DNA of 64,000 nt, taken from Chrysomallon squamiferum. Its lineage: Eukaryota; Animalia; Mollusca. A model generated the notes under the pieces. That model ran no database searches, had not been told where the DNA came from, and was given only the letters and a program-made list of their open reading frames with translations. Shown here one piece after another: positions 38,405 to 53,362 of the stretch. Every line of letters starts with the position of its first letter. Position 1 is the first letter of the stretch. The DNA lies in the NCBI GenBank assembly GCA_012295275.1, contig CM022665.1, positions 23,560,001 through 23,624,000 of the forward strand. The letters are read 5' to 3'. Both the position numbers and the translations under genes were made by a program.

Positions 38405-40429
38405 ACTGGGATAGAAAACCTAGACGCTTTTGGCTGGCCAAGGTTTTACAAAAAATGATACATGCAATATGTAATGATCTGTTATGGAGAAAATGTTAAG
38501 CTTGTCCTTAGTAACCACATGACGTTTGTACAATAACTAATAGATGTCAGATGTGAAATAAATTTTTTATAATGCAACACTGACATGATTCTATGATCAA
38601 AGATTTCCAATTAGCATCAAGAAATGTTAAATTATATATACTGATATTTTGATAATAATTATCTGAGATAGTAACACATTGTTTAGTTTTCGAACGGCTT
38701 AGAAAACGGACTAACTATTAAAAAAATATATATTATATTTATTAAATGCATCTTTAAAGCACGTTTTGGTTATAGTCACTGCCTGCTACTGGATGAACTT
38801 AAAACTTGAAGCACAACAGTATTGTATATGCAGTTGAATGCACATTAAATTTGTTTGATACATTTTAAGATGCATCCATTAGCGCATTACCAATTTATCA
38901 CTGTTCGGAAGTGTATTTAATTTCAAGATAATGATGCTGTCCTTAACAATAAAACTGTCACAGCTTCTGCATTTTAAACAAGCTATGTGGAGACTCCATT
39001 AACCCATTTAAGCTTTCCATCATCTCAATTAGAGCCAAGCTTGACCCTGTAGAGTTGCATCAGAAATTAACCACAGAGCATGAAGCAATGTAACAAGATA
39101 TTTATTTGTCCGTGCAAAAAACAAAACTTGTTTGATGAAACTGAAACTAACACTTTAATGTGTGATGAATTAATTTTCTCAAGGCCATGGGATCAGTCCT
39201 CAGTGTCTCCAAAGAGCGGTTTTTCGCTTCATCCTTACTTAAAATCTGACTTATCTAAAATTATTGTACGTCCTTTTTTTTCTTTTTTCTTTTTCTTTCG
39301 AAAGATGTAAGCTCTATAAAAGATAATTTTATGCTAACACATATGAACGACAGCAGCAAATATCCTTTCCTACGTCATCATTATACCAAACCATTTAACA
39401 TTAAAAATGTACTGATGTGTTATGAAACATTCTGTTACTTATTTACGAGTTTATCGAAACGTTTACAAGTTCTAATAATGCAAATAGAGCGTGATATAAT
39501 TAATAAATATCTGAGACAAGAATTAATTGGTCCATCACTTGAGAAAAGTGTTTTAGTAAAATTTTAAAAGTGCAGTGATCGACCATATTTTTCTGGCAAG
39601 TCACTAAAATGATGAGCTTGTAAGATAACTGCTGATTTATTAATCTTGTGTTGCCTTTGTTATTTGTGAAAGATAATAAAATTTAAAGACTGACTTACCA
39701 GACAAATGACACGGTGATTTTGTTTTCTCTCAAATGCCTTATATAAGTTCAAAGACTACTTCGTACTTATTAAATTTAGTTACATAGGACTTCTTTCAAG
39801 TCAGTGCTGTTACTACTAGCTTAAAACATTATAGAACTGCTTCTATTTCCCTTTGATTATAAAATTACATTTTAATGATTTATCATTTTAAAATCCTGGC
39901 AATGGCACTGGGTAAATGTTCAATACTTTTGACTAGCTCTTTTTACTGGCCTTATAACTTGTTAACATAATATCATCTAGCACGTCGTCAGAATTATGAG
40001 GCTTAACACAATTTCAGTGTCAGTGTATCTGCACTTCTGTTGACAGTAATTCCCAGAAGACTTTAAAACTGTGTTAATCATCATCATTATATTTGTGTAA
40101 AATGAAAATAATATACTATTAAATGAGGATTTTCACATTGGCACTATTATTAGTCTGCAGCAAAATCTCTTAGACACTCATAATTAATAACACGTAATTC
40201 AGTATTTCTAGATAATAAGACATCCTTGTAAAATACTGGAGTATATTTATTAATAAAAGTAGTAATAATTTCAGACGTGTTGTGCATGGTAAATAGCTCT
40301 GGTTCAGTCAACTATGGTTTTGCTGTGAACGAAAATTATTTCTAAAATCATTTCATATGTCCTTCATAGAAACCATTCCTTTCAGTGCCAGAACAAAGAA
40401 ATTACTTAGAATACGATGAAAGACACTGT

Positions 40430-40625
<196 letters not shown>

Positions 40626-41152
40626 CTATCATCTAAATCTCTCTCTCCCTCTGTGGTTTAAGGTTTCGTTTTAACAGCTACTTGCCTGTTACTAGGGAAG
40701 CTTCGTATTTCACCGATAACCACATTGCTGTTATTCGTGTCAGGCTGTTAGCTGTCGAAATTAACTCCATTATTTATTTATTTTTATTTTTTTATTTTTT
40801 ATTTTTATTTTATATATATATATATATATATATTTTTAATGAGTATTTTGTATATTTATCTGTGTGTGGGTGTGCGTGCTCACAAAGAAAGGTTAAAAAG
40901 AACTGTTACTACAGATGTAATAAATTTCAGATGCTTTCAGAGAACTGTCGATAATTTAGTATGAGAAATCTGAAATAATTAAATAAAATTCTCCTAGGAT
41001 TGATCAAATCAAAAGCAGTTATAAAAATGAACAAAAATCACTTTACTCGTTAATACAACGGTCATTCATTTAAAATAACATTTGAAAAACAAATACTAGA
41101 TGGTATGTGAATAAATGTTTCTTAAGGAACGAAATAAACTAGAAAAAAAGAA

Positions 41153-41190
<38 letters not shown>

Positions 41191-41357
41191 CAACGAGCAA
41201 AAGAAAAACGTTATAATAAAAAATTAAAAAAAACGTTTAAGATATGCTTTCTGTAAACAATGATATGCTGGTAATATCAAATTACTAATGTATTATTACT
41301 AGGTTTTCTTTTTTCTGTCTTTTTTCTTCTTTTATTCGTGTGTATGGGTTTTTATTA

Positions 41358-41405
<48 letters not shown>

Positions 41406-44400
41406 TTCAAGATAACGACCACATATTATATATATATATATAATGGATAAACAGCGTATGAAGCTTGAGGATTCGAGTACAGGCTCCCATCCACGATTAT
41501 TACAGCCACGTACTTTAAAATATCAATCTGTGTTAAAAGCGTCCTGTTATGTCAAGCTCTAGCTACACAGCTAATTTGCTTTTTTTCATATTTTAAAAGG
41601 ACTGAAATAAATATTTTTTAAGAAGATTAATAATAATCAAGCGGTTCAAATCTACATAACCCCTCCCCGAGCTGCCTGTTATTTCTATACACTGTGTAGC
41701 CTAAACATTGAATCTTTTTTTTTGAGCGATCTGTATTCAAACGAGTGTCACCTGTGTAATGTACACACGCACTGCTATATTCAGTCGACAGCAGACACTA
41801 ACAGAGACAATGCAATGAGACACAGAGCCCATTGAGTTAACTTGCCACCAGTGTCGATCATTACTTCTTCTTTTTTTGTATAAATAATAAAAGATGAAAA
41901 TGCATTGACTGTCTTAATGCAGTATCGATATAAATCTGTGAATTAAACAGAGTGTTGAAGGAGATGGTTTGTTCGTGGCGTTTTGATCAATCAATACATT
42001 TTTTAAAAACCGGATCAGTTCTGAGATCGACCTCCGGTAATGGTCACCAGTCACTGACAAATCTAACTTGGTAATTTCACATTAAATGCTGTTCCATTTA
42101 TGAAAAGAGACATGTTGTTTCTAAGTTAGAAGTAAATACATATAAGACCGGTTTTAATAAGTTTTGTAATTAATTTAATTTTATTATTATTATTATTATT
42201 ATTGTTATTTTTTAATTAATTTTATATCATATTGGAATCCTTATATGAGAGTATTATCTCCCACAGCTGAAATGAATCCCTTTCGAAGATGTAATATTAA
42301 TTCATACATTTACATCAAACGAACTTAGTCATATGACCAGACAGTTTCTTTGTCTTCTGTGCTTGTGGTAACTACACCTAAGTATTTTATTACGTTAGCA
42401 GAATAAAGATGATTTCTGTACTGAAAACCTGTTTATTGCATTTTCACGATTTAAACAACGCCTTTCATGTAAAATAATCTTTAATAATCCATCATTACAG
42501 TAAGGAATCAAAAATCTTTCATTACAAGCATCAAGATTTTTAAGTAGCTTTTTCGACTTTTGATTCCATCTAAAGAAATAAAATAAAAAAAGAAATAAAA
42601 TAATAAAAAAATGCAGAAAATATGTATGTATGTATGTACGTATGTATGCATAAAAACAGAATCAAATAGACAGATTTAAAAAGAAGAAAGAAATTACCTT
42701 TCCACCAATAACATAAATTTGATCATGAATACAATGCATTAACAATTTATTTGTATAAATGATTATCAGAACGTATTTTCGATTTCTCATTCAGAAAGAT
42801 TATTATCATCACTATTATTAATATTATCAATGTTATCATTATCCTAGCATAGGTTTATTATTATTATCATCATCATCATCATCATCATCATCATTATTAT
42901 TACATTATATGCTGTTATAAATTTAAAGAATTTATTATTAACACTGTAGTACTAGTTACAGTCTATTAAAAGGAATGTAACTGCACTAAATCACTGATAC
43001 CTGTGCACATATCTATCTAAATATATAGAGAGAGATTGAATTAGATCAACCAGTGAGGCAACGCTAATCTTCTTTGTTCTCTTCCATTTAAGTGTATACC
43101 CCTAACCGAGCAACGGGATCGCTCAGATGGGTGTTTTAGATTCCTCTTTACCACACAGAGTTGCGTCTTTGTTGCTTTGCCCTCCGGTGGATCAAATCGC
43201 TGAGACCAACCAATGATCCGAAGACAATGATTTTATCAAACCGAACTCAATTTAATAATAGCTGGTTAAGACTTATTTAGGGGTGGAAAACAAGGTGGTT
43301 AGCCTTCCCTCTTTAATGCGTTGGTGGTTATGGAGGAAATGGCCTGGTTATATACTGATATTAATATGAAGTAATTTGGTGATTTACTCAACATATTTAA
43401 AATTTGATGTTTGTTTTTATCAATGACAATATTAGGATTCCTATATTTTAAATTTAACAATGACGAAGATAGTATTAGTTTAGAGTTGGGAAAATGGCCG
43501 ATTAATTATTATATAGATTCATATACGGTAAATATCGGTTGTTTAAAGCTTTTTAATGATACCCAGAGAGAGACGGTGAGGGTGACCTATACAGTTCCAT
43601 GTTCTTTGCTTGCCATGGTTACACTTTTCATCACAATGGATTCTGTTTGATACTTCATTTTTTTTTTTTTTTAAAGCACCGAAATATACATATATAATAA
43701 TTATTACTGTTTACGAACACTATATCATTGTACATTAACATTATAGCACTGATAACTGACCAGATATGTTTTGACGTTGTAAGTCTGCTTAAAATTGCGA
43801 TCTTAATGTTTGTTTTAATCTTAAGTCATCGAGTAAATTAAATATCACTTTTAATTACTGATTGAATAAATAATTAATTTAATTTACGTATATTAATAAT
43901 ACGTATATTCAGCTCCATTATATTATGCAACTAGAAAACCTCTGCTTGTCTTCAGTATTCTGATTCGAAGACCCACCCCGGTTTAATTCTGGACCCGCTA
44001 CAGTTTAGCGTTTTCTGACAGCACTATCGGAGGTGCTCCTGTATATTATATACACTATGATAACTGGCTGTTTGTTACACAAGATATATAATACTTACAT
44101 GCTGATCAATGTTTTCATACGTGGAGAATTACACACAGTTAAAAGTTTCTACTGATAACTGAACAAGTAAGTATTCTTCGTTTTCTAAAGATATCAAAAA
44201 TATATAACTTAGAGTAAATAACTTTCTTTTTTCTCCGACAACTTTTTGTCAATAGGACAAAAGAATAGCTGTGTTTCAATAGGATAGTCATTGGGTGCAG
44301 TACGTGTGTGCGATAGGTTAGTTATTTCAAGCTGGATTGTCCAAATACTTCCATTTCCGAAACTTCCAAAACGACTTACGTGACTGTATATCTCTCGCTA

Positions 44401-44794
44401 AAATATTTTACAAACCACAATTCTCACATATCCAGTTTAACAAATTAATCATTACATACTCGCGTGATGTTGTGAAATAAATTAAAATTCTGTGGTTCCT
44501 ACATTTTAGTGACGTTGTGAAAATAGCAAGTGCGATAACAATCACTTAAAAAAATATAGTAATTGTTATCTGCGCTGTGTTTGTTACACTGAAATGTTAA
44601 TAATTTTATAGATTTACATTAACTGACAGATATGATGAATTTTTAATTCTCATTTCAGTGTTTCTAGATTTGAATTTTTTTTATAAGTACACTGTTGAAC
44701 ATAAAGAAGTAAATTTACATACATACATACATACATATATACAAATTTATATATGTTTTTATATACATACATATATATATATATATATATACAA

Positions 44795-44833
<39 letters not shown>

Positions 44834-44949
44834 CATTATAAGGTTTATATATTATGTGTGGGTGTTTTTATTCAAAAACACATCACACATATTACACTTT
44901 TTGTATATCCATTCATATTACTGCTTATATTCATTTACAAAAAAAACCC

Positions 44950-45129
44950 ACTATAGACACATGCAAACGTACATACTTAAACACACATACACACACAACA
45001 CACGTTCGCAACACACACGTACAGACACACATATATAAGTATATACATGCACATATACAAATACATACATACAGACATACAGATATACATACATACATAC
45101 ATACATACATACATACATACATACATACA

Positions 45130-45161
<32 letters not shown>

Positions 45162-45180
45162 CATACATACATACACGTAT
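44950..45180. repeat. (CA)/(TACA)n compound simple repeat
   Basis: Read directly; source of the spurious MYVC/HTYI ORFs. Confidence 0.9.
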
Positions 45181-46544
45181 ATTTATTTATAAGAAAATGA
45201 AGACTATGTATTATTTCTGGCTTCTTTTGGTGTAAGAGATATCTTATTCTATAAAATAATCAGATTCTCACACGAATATAAACACACAAGGACACATAAA
45301 ACAAATACACGTACACACGTTTCAAGTAATACGCTTTGACCAACAAGACATCTTTTGTTAATATTAATTAAAAAAGCCTTAGAAACACACGGTGTATTAT
45401 TTGTTAAAGGGGTGGGGAAATCAACTGCTAGCTGAAGTCGTTGTTTGAATATGAGATCATTTGCTGTTCATTATTGACTGAAAGGCGCAGTTGGAGATAA
45501 CAGTTCTCTGCGTCGAACAATAGAATGATTGACGTGACGTCCCCTTCAAGTTCACCGCACGACTAATGGCCCATGAAACAATAATGCATGTTGTGTTTAT
45601 TGCGTTCTGGACAACTATGACATATATCCCATAGCTTCAGCTGACAGCATGCGAACAGACGACAACCGGTAGATAAATCACGCAAATCAAAACCAGCGTG
45701 TTTGTATTACAATGCACATAGCATTTCTAAAGCGCAGAAAAATAAAAGTTTCAGCACGGTTTATGACAGCCGAATTATAATTCTGGAACTAAAAGGTAGT
45801 ATACTATCCAAACAATTGAAATCATCTGTATTAATTTTTTTTTTTTCTTTTCGCTGAAGTATGGATTAAATACAAGAAAGCAGTGTAATTGATATCACAG
45901 TTAACAATAATTGTGTGGTCGTCATAACTGGCTTCTTCTTTTTTTAAGAGTAGCGAAAAAACTATTAAACATGTTCTTTACGGTACATTATTGTTTTTAT
46001 CATACCGGCAGGATATTACTAATTCATAAAGAAAAATACTCGTGATTCTTCATGTCTCTTATATGTTACAGGTATCTTTATACAACATCAGTTTTGAACA
46101 CTAATGTCTCTACATAAGGAACTATAATAAATAAATAAATTAATTTAAATACATTTCTCTTGCATTACATTTAAACGAAAATCGCGTGCATCTTTTTTTG
46201 TCCTGGTACAATATATCTGAAATAGCTTCTTTGCTACGATAAGGAAGATACGCTTTACAAAGGATGATGATACAACTGTCGTATTCATACATAAATTATA
46301 TGACGCCTTTTTTTTCTTCTTTTTTTTATATAAAAATTAGAAAATCATTTTTAACATGTATGTAATAAATAATAATAATCAAATTGTTATCTGATCTATG
46401 CAAAAATAACTTTCTTAATATTTATACTATTTATATATCAAACCAGTTTCTTGATGATATTTTCTAGTGTTAGGCAAAAGAAGTGATTAAATGTTAATGT
46501 TATTTTATCTTTTCAGGCAAAAAAGAAACTGCGGAAAAAGAAAA

Positions 46545-47672
46545 ATGGCTAGAAGAGTTGCAGCTCATGAGCGCATGCGACCCGAGGAAGAAAAAGCTAT
46601 TCAGCTGAATGCGCTTGTTATAGAAAACGAAGTGGAGGCCAAAGACTTGACTAGCCACTTGTTTTCGCAACATATAATTGACAGCAGGGATAAATTCGAA
46701 ATTCATTCAGGGAGAACTCGTTTGGAACGAATCAGGAGACTGTTGGACATTTTGGTGCTCAGAGGAGCGGAAGCATTTGGAGAATTTGTCATTGCTCTTG
46801 AACTGAGTGGGTACGGCCATGTGGCAGGGATTCTCCGAGGTAGAAATATGGATCGGCAGTCGAGTTTTGAAACCGATTCCACTGACAGTGATGTTATTAA
46901 CACGGGTAGCGTCGATGCACGATTGCGTAAGATCGAAAATGCCTGGGATATTCTCAGTCGCAGATTAACCAAGATTGAAAGCAAAGTGATGCTGTCCAAC
47001 GATCTACCCGAAGACGAGCTCAACGCCATCAAGATGGATTTGGAAGAAGTAAAAGAAGATACCCTTCGCCAAGTTGCCGAGCTCGCTGTTGCCAACGAAG
47101 AAAAGGATGTCAAAATACGTATCCTGACTGAACAGGTTGCGCAGAAGAACAAACAACTCCAGGATGCTGAGAGGAAAATAGGTCTTTTGGAAAAACGAAT
47201 TCACGAGTTGGAACGTCTGCGAGAAGAAGCTAACTTAGAGATCAACGCGCTGAAAGACAAGCTGGACGACCACGTGGAACAGCTGTATGAACAAGAGCAG
47301 CAGCTCATCGACCAGAAATTCGAAATAGACGACCAAGCAATTAAAATACAAGGCCAGGAACAGAAGCTGAAGGCACACCAAGAACAAATGGAACGGATGC
47401 GTCGAGAAAACAAGGATCTGCATGAAAAGCAGGCGGCCGAATCAGAGCGACAGAAGTTAATAATGAAGGAACTCAGCGAACGTGTAGACAAGATTTCCGA
47501 GACCCATTTAACGGCAGGCATTTTCAAAAACAAGCCTTCGCTGTACGTCAACGGCCACACGATGCGAGGAATGGCTTACAGCGCCGCACATCATCCAAAA
47601 ATCATGCCCAGGAACCGATTTCAGAGCCAGAATATAGGTCGAGCTGATGCGATGAGGATGAAGAAGAAGTAG
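46545..47672 (+). CDS. CARD (death-fold) domain plus long coiled-coil protein, 375 aa, single coding exon
   Basis: Acceptor TTTTCAG at 46516 then AAAAATGG start. The N-terminal ~90 aa (MRPEEEKAIQLN..LTSHLFSQHII..DKFEI..TRLERIRRLLDILVLRGAEAFGEFVIALELSGYGHVAGIL) fit the CARD pattern LLDxLxxRGxxAFxxFxxAL. About 190 aa of E/K/Q/L-rich heptads follow. GC is clearly higher than in the flanks. Confidence 0.88.
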   Translation: MARRVAAHERMRPEEEKAIQLNALVIENEVEAKDLTSHLFSQHIIDSRDKFEIHSGRTRLERIRRLLDILVLRGAEAFGEFVIALELSGYGHVAGILRGRNMDRQSSFETDSTDSDVINTGSVDARLRKIENAWDILSRRLTKIESKVMLSNDLPEDELNAIKMDLEEVKEDTLRQVAELAVANEEKDVKIRILTEQVAQKNKQLQDAERKIGLLEKRIHELERLREEANLEINALKDKLDDHVEQLYEQEQQLIDQKFEIDDQAIKIQGQEQKLKAHQEQMERMRRENKDLHEKQAAESERQKLIMKELSERVDKISETHLTAGIFKNKPSLYVNGHTMRGMAYSAAHHPKIMPRNRFQSQNIGRADAMRMKKK

Positions 47673-48422
47673 CCCAGGTTTCTATAGCGCTGTTCATTGT
47701 ATATGAAGCACAAATAAAATCGTCTTAATTTAAAATAATATTCTGATAATAAAGTTTTAAAAATATTAAGACCATTTGAAATATACACATAACAGCATTT
47801 AATCTGAAGAGTTACGTTTTAGAAACTTTGATGTTACGTTCAGCATATAAATAATATAAATATGTAAAACTTTTTTGGACACTCATCTAATGATAGTAAA
47901 TTTTTGTTAGCTAAAAAAAGAAAAAAACATTAATGGAAAATAAATTTAGAACTATATCAGTAATTGGAAATATTTGTTTTTGCCTATATTCAAGTGGCAT
48001 GAACAGGATCGATTTACATATAAGAGTTAAGTGCTAAAAGAAAATAAAGTTTCATAAACCTGAACTGATATTCATAGAGGCCCCTTCAGACTTTAAGTTT
48101 CTAAACAGAATCTTTTGTTTTGTTTAAGCTTATACTTAAATATAACTCTGGATACATATTTCTTTTTTTTTATTTTATTTATTTATTTATTCATTTATTC
48201 ATTTATTTATTTATTTATTTTTATGGGTAGAAATGGATACTGAATTAATTTTGTAAATTAAATATAACGGACAGCGTTAAGAATTATGATTCCCTATTTA
48301 GCAGGCCGCAATGATATCTTATCGGTGTATCTTTGTTTGTGTATTTATGTAATGATGTGTACAGCTTTTGCATGTTTTTTTTTTTTTTTTTTTTTTATGT
48401 GTTAGTATACGTGAATGTTTCC

Positions 48423-48580
48423 ATAGGGTACCAAATAGCACCCGCCCGGCGCCCGAAACGGGTAGAAAATATTTTTATCTCGGGCCGGTAACCAGAAGTT
48501 GAAGTTACCCCTGAGGGCAGGTTTCAGTTTTTAAAAACTCAGTTGATAAAGGACTGCCACAAATCATCACTGGCTGGTAT
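48423..48580. mobile_element. Probable DNA transposon (hAT-like) terminal fragment
   Basis: GC-rich TAGGGTACCAAATAGCACCCGCCCGGCGCCCGAAACGGGTAG with repeated CCCG/CGGG subterminal motifs; no partner end identified. Confidence 0.35.
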
Positions 48581-48999
48581 GATTAGAAATCTATCAGCCT
48601 AACTATGTTCATGTAGATCTGTAGATGTGTGCGTGTGGGCGTGCGTGTACATTCGTGTAGGTGCGCATATATAGATGTATATCTATCTACTTGTAGGTCT
48701 ATGTGTATATATGTGTTTTCATGATGTGTATTATTATCTGTATGCATATGCTTCTGTATACTGTGTGTGTCTATCGGTATATATGTATGTGTATAAGTAT
48801 ATGTATGTATATGTGTGTATGCGTATGTATAGTTGTATATATATTCATACATACAAACCCATACATATAATACACATATAAACATAGAGGAGTATTTTCA
48901 CTCCATATGCATTAAGCAGGCAGAGCGCTGAACCTCTTTACTTTATATGTGACGACTTCTTTATCAGTTATGTTTGACAGACGTTGTTATATATACATA

Positions 49000-49065
<66 letters not shown>

Positions 49066-49692
49066 TGTTCACTTTTATTGGTTGGGTCGTTTAGCAGACG
49101 TAATGCTATATTTTATACTTTATTTTACTTCTTTTTTTTTAAACTAGTTTCTTTTTATCATGGCAAGCATTGGCGTTAGACATCAGACGAAATGAGATGA
49201 TTTGGTTGTGTTACGTGTCTTGATTTTATCTGTTTTAATAAAGCAGACATGATCTTGTCTTTGTAAATACGTGCAACAGCAATCTGATTGTACATTTTAT
49301 CTGTGTTAAGGTGACAGAATTGTGAATAAAAACTAATGCTATGTGCAGATATCTTCTTTTTTTTTTTTTTTTTTTTTTTTTTTGTAATGTTTTTCTTAGT
49401 ATCGAGTAGCTATAAATTAGAGTTAAAAAAAAAAACTTCTAAGTTTACCTGATACAAACGTTTAGTTTATAATCATTTATTTTAACTTTTTATCAACAGA
49501 AGAAGAAGAAAAAGAGTAAAGTGTTGTCTTTTCAAACAGTTTGTTTCTTAAGCTATGATTATGTTTAAGTATTACCATAAATATTGTTGCAGTACATTAC
49601 GCTATTTCCAGAATCGAAAATATGTAATATTAATATGTATTTAAAAAAAAAAAAAAAAAAAAACAACAACTGAAGATGAATTTTAATGAAGA

Positions 49693-49743
<51 letters not shown>

Positions 49744-51261
49744 TATTATTATTATCATCGTCATCATCATTGTTATTAGTATTACTCTTATGATTAGTTA
49801 CATAAAACCTCACTCGTTTCCATGTTAATACAAACCATATAATTACATAGGTGTGGTTAAAATTAAAACTGTTTTTTTTAAAACCTGATCCTTGGATACC
49901 TGTTCCTGTCAGGACGCGTTAGTGAACTCGGACAATTACCAGGCTGTTTCAAATCATCAGTTTATCATATCTTGTTACTTTATGGTTACATGTCTAAAGT
50001 TGTTTGTAAAATAACTGAACTGCGTCATGGGGTGAACAAATATGGATGACACGATATGCTAAATAGATAAAACAAGGTAAACAGATAGTTTTTGTTCCTA
50101 AACGATAATTTCAGTTCTTATTAGCTTTGAAAGAGATAAAAAAAAAAAAAAAAAAAAAAAGGACTTAAAGGAAAAAAAAGAAAGAAAGAAAATAAATTGT
50201 GTTTCTATCAATTTGAGGAAATATAAATCGATCGAGCTGTGTAATTTATTAAATTTTATTTATTTCTTAATTTATTTATTTATTTATTTATTTATTTACT
50301 TTTTTTTTTTATTTGTTTGTTTGTTGTTTTTTTTGTTTATTATTATTTTTTTTTTTTGTTTGTTTGTTTGTTTATTATTTATTTACTATATGACCCCCTT
50401 CACTGCTGTCTATCTATCTGTCTGTCTGTCTCTTTGTCTGTCTCTCTGTCTCTCTATGTATCAGTCTATCAATCTGTCTTTCTTTCTATCTATTTGTCTA
50501 TGTATGCATGCATGCATGCACGTACGTATGTATGTATGTATGTACATACCTATGAATGTATGTATGTGTATCTATTTATCTAGCTGTCTGTTTCCTCTGT
50601 ATGTCAATTTTCTCTCTATTTGTCTGTCTCTTGATTCATAAATAAAATGCATCACGATCAAACGAAACGCTGTAAGAAATTTCCCGCACACTCATGCATC
50701 ACTTAATATTCTAAAGAGTGAATATTCTAGACTTAACATTCTTGTTACGAGACCTCCTTATTACTTAAATAAAGCATAAAGGAAATCCTTATCGGGCAGA
50801 CAAGGCTAAATAATTACCTGTGTAACTTAATAAGAAATAATACCCTTGAACAATCGGATTTGTCTGGACGATCACGTACGCCGGAGGGACATCAATTTCC
50901 AATGTGTTTGGACTGTCTTTAGGATCTGTCGCATTACTTGAGGATAAACAGAGACACAGAATATTGTTGAATCGATAAATGTAAACAATAACTCAGTAAT
51001 GAAGATAAAATAATAATAATAATAACAATAATAATAATAATAACAATAATAATAATAACAACGATAATAATAATATTAATAACAAAAATAATAATAATAA
51101 CAATAACAATAATAATAATAATAATAATAATAAAAGATAAAAAGCTAGTTAAATATTCTTCCACATCTTAAAAACCTTTGTGTTTAAGTGATCAAGTGGT
51201 TTATACGTTGTATAAATCATCAAAAAACCTTTATAATCTAACCTTTGTGTGTGTGTGTGTG

Positions 51262-51305
<44 letters not shown>

Positions 51306-51958
51306 ATGCGTGCGTGTGTGTTATCTATATTAAGAGAAAGAGAGAGAGAGAGATGTTGAGGTTTCGTATCTACAAGACACTGACAAAATCTATAAACAAA
51401 TCGAACATCATTTTAGTAAAGTTACACCAAAGTGTGGATGGAATGGAACTTACATGCAAATGCATATTACGAAAATAGAAAACTCCCGTTTGTATGCACA
51501 TCCAAACGAGAACACTCAACCAGGAAAGCATCCATTTTCTATTCTGACTCTTTAATTACTCTTTTGTTCCTTTGTATCAGACGCATTTTCTAAATTGCCT
51601 GACACAATAAGCTGAACCTTTGGTTACAGAAAACCTGTCAGAACAGGCTATGTAACTATGTCTCGTTTGAGACAATCAATAAGAGAGATGCTACAGTAGG
51701 TCTGTGCCAGAAAACACAGACATCCATAAAGTAAGCTAGTTTTCGTGACCACCTTCCGTTTCTGTGCTTTAACTGAAGATGCGCTATCAGGGGATCAAGT
51801 ATTTTATTTCTTAGGCCAAATACGTTTTTTTAGCATTCAACGGTTGTAAATAATTTTAAAAAAAATGGAGATTTAGACATTTGATAGGTTAGCGCTCCTA
51901 ACTTTGATATTTGGCTTTAAATATATTTTTATTTTAGGCTCGTAGCTTTTGAAAATGA

Positions 51959-51998
<40 letters not shown>

Positions 51999-52146
51999 CG
52001 TCACTCTCTCAGTGTTATTTGAAGATTTTTTTTTTATATGTGACTAAAAATGAAACAAAAGGCACCAACTGCTACTTTTAAATTTATTTATTTATTTATT
52101 TCATTTTATTAATGATTTATTTATTTATTATTATTTATTTTATTAT

Positions 52147-52189
<43 letters not shown>

Positions 52190-53322
52190 TTTATTTTTAT
52201 TTTTATTTTTTATTTATTTTATTTTTATTTTTTTTTTTTACTATTTTTTAGTTATTTAATTTTACCTGAAATTTTATTTAATTATCTTTCTGTCTGTTAT
52301 CAATCTATCGGTCTGTCTCTCGATTTTTAAATATAATACATAAATATATATAATGAAAAGAAATCCTAAAAAAAAAAATATATATCTTCCACCGTGACAT
52401 ATAGCCATAACTTGATCCCTTGCAGTCAGCCTGAACAGTTAACTCGTATAGTGTGTCAACGTGTTTCCTTTCTGTTATATCAATATACAACAACAAAATT
52501 ATATAATCAACACTTAAATACTCCAATAAATAATAATATCAAAAGATTTTTAGGTATAGTTAAACAAATATTCATTGATTCATTCATTCGTTCACCGATT
52601 AATTCATTCACTCGCTCGCTAATTCATTCGTCCCGTTCTGTCTGTGATTGTAACATCTGCTAAGACAATACTTAAGTACGTAAGTACATTGCTATGGATT
52701 CGACTTCACATTTTTCGCGATTAGAAAGGCGATTATATTGACAAAGAAGAAGATGTAAACAGTCCGCAAGAAATGTCCATGGTTTATTGTTAATGTTGGT
52801 GTCATTTTGGGTCCGTGGAAATCTATAGCGAAAGTTTTTATGTGTTTCTTTTTACAGAATCCCCGGCCTTATTAAAATAACGTCGATATTGAGCTTTCCT
52901 TAATGAGGTTACAAAGTAAAAGTTTCAGTCTGTTCTCATTGTAATGATATATATTCGTCTCAGTGAAAGAAAAGGCTGGTAAATGTTTAGCTAATTTGGA
53001 TGTGGTTTTAAAGATGTAAAAATTGAAATCGTGTCAGCATTAATTATCGAAATTCAGTAAACGTGGATAAAACTAAACTACGCCAGAAGAAGTAGTTTTC
53101 TTCCTGGGTACAGATAAGGTTTTTTAGATATTTCAGAAATAAAGAAATGAACTCCATAATCCTTGCTTTTAGAAAGTGTTTATTAAAATAGTATTTCTAA
53201 TTAAAAATGATGCATTAACAGCATTTAGAAATAACAAAATAATAATTATATTTTTGTTAATGTGAACATAAACCTAAAATTTCATTTAATAAAAATAGAA
53301 ACAAAATAATCTGATATATTTC

Positions 53323-53362
<40 letters not shown>

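Noticed and set aside
46500-47560. Several minus-strand ORFs overlapping the CARD gene
   Set aside because: Antisense shadows of a GC-richer coding exon, with Ser/Leu/Phe-biased sequence and no motifs.
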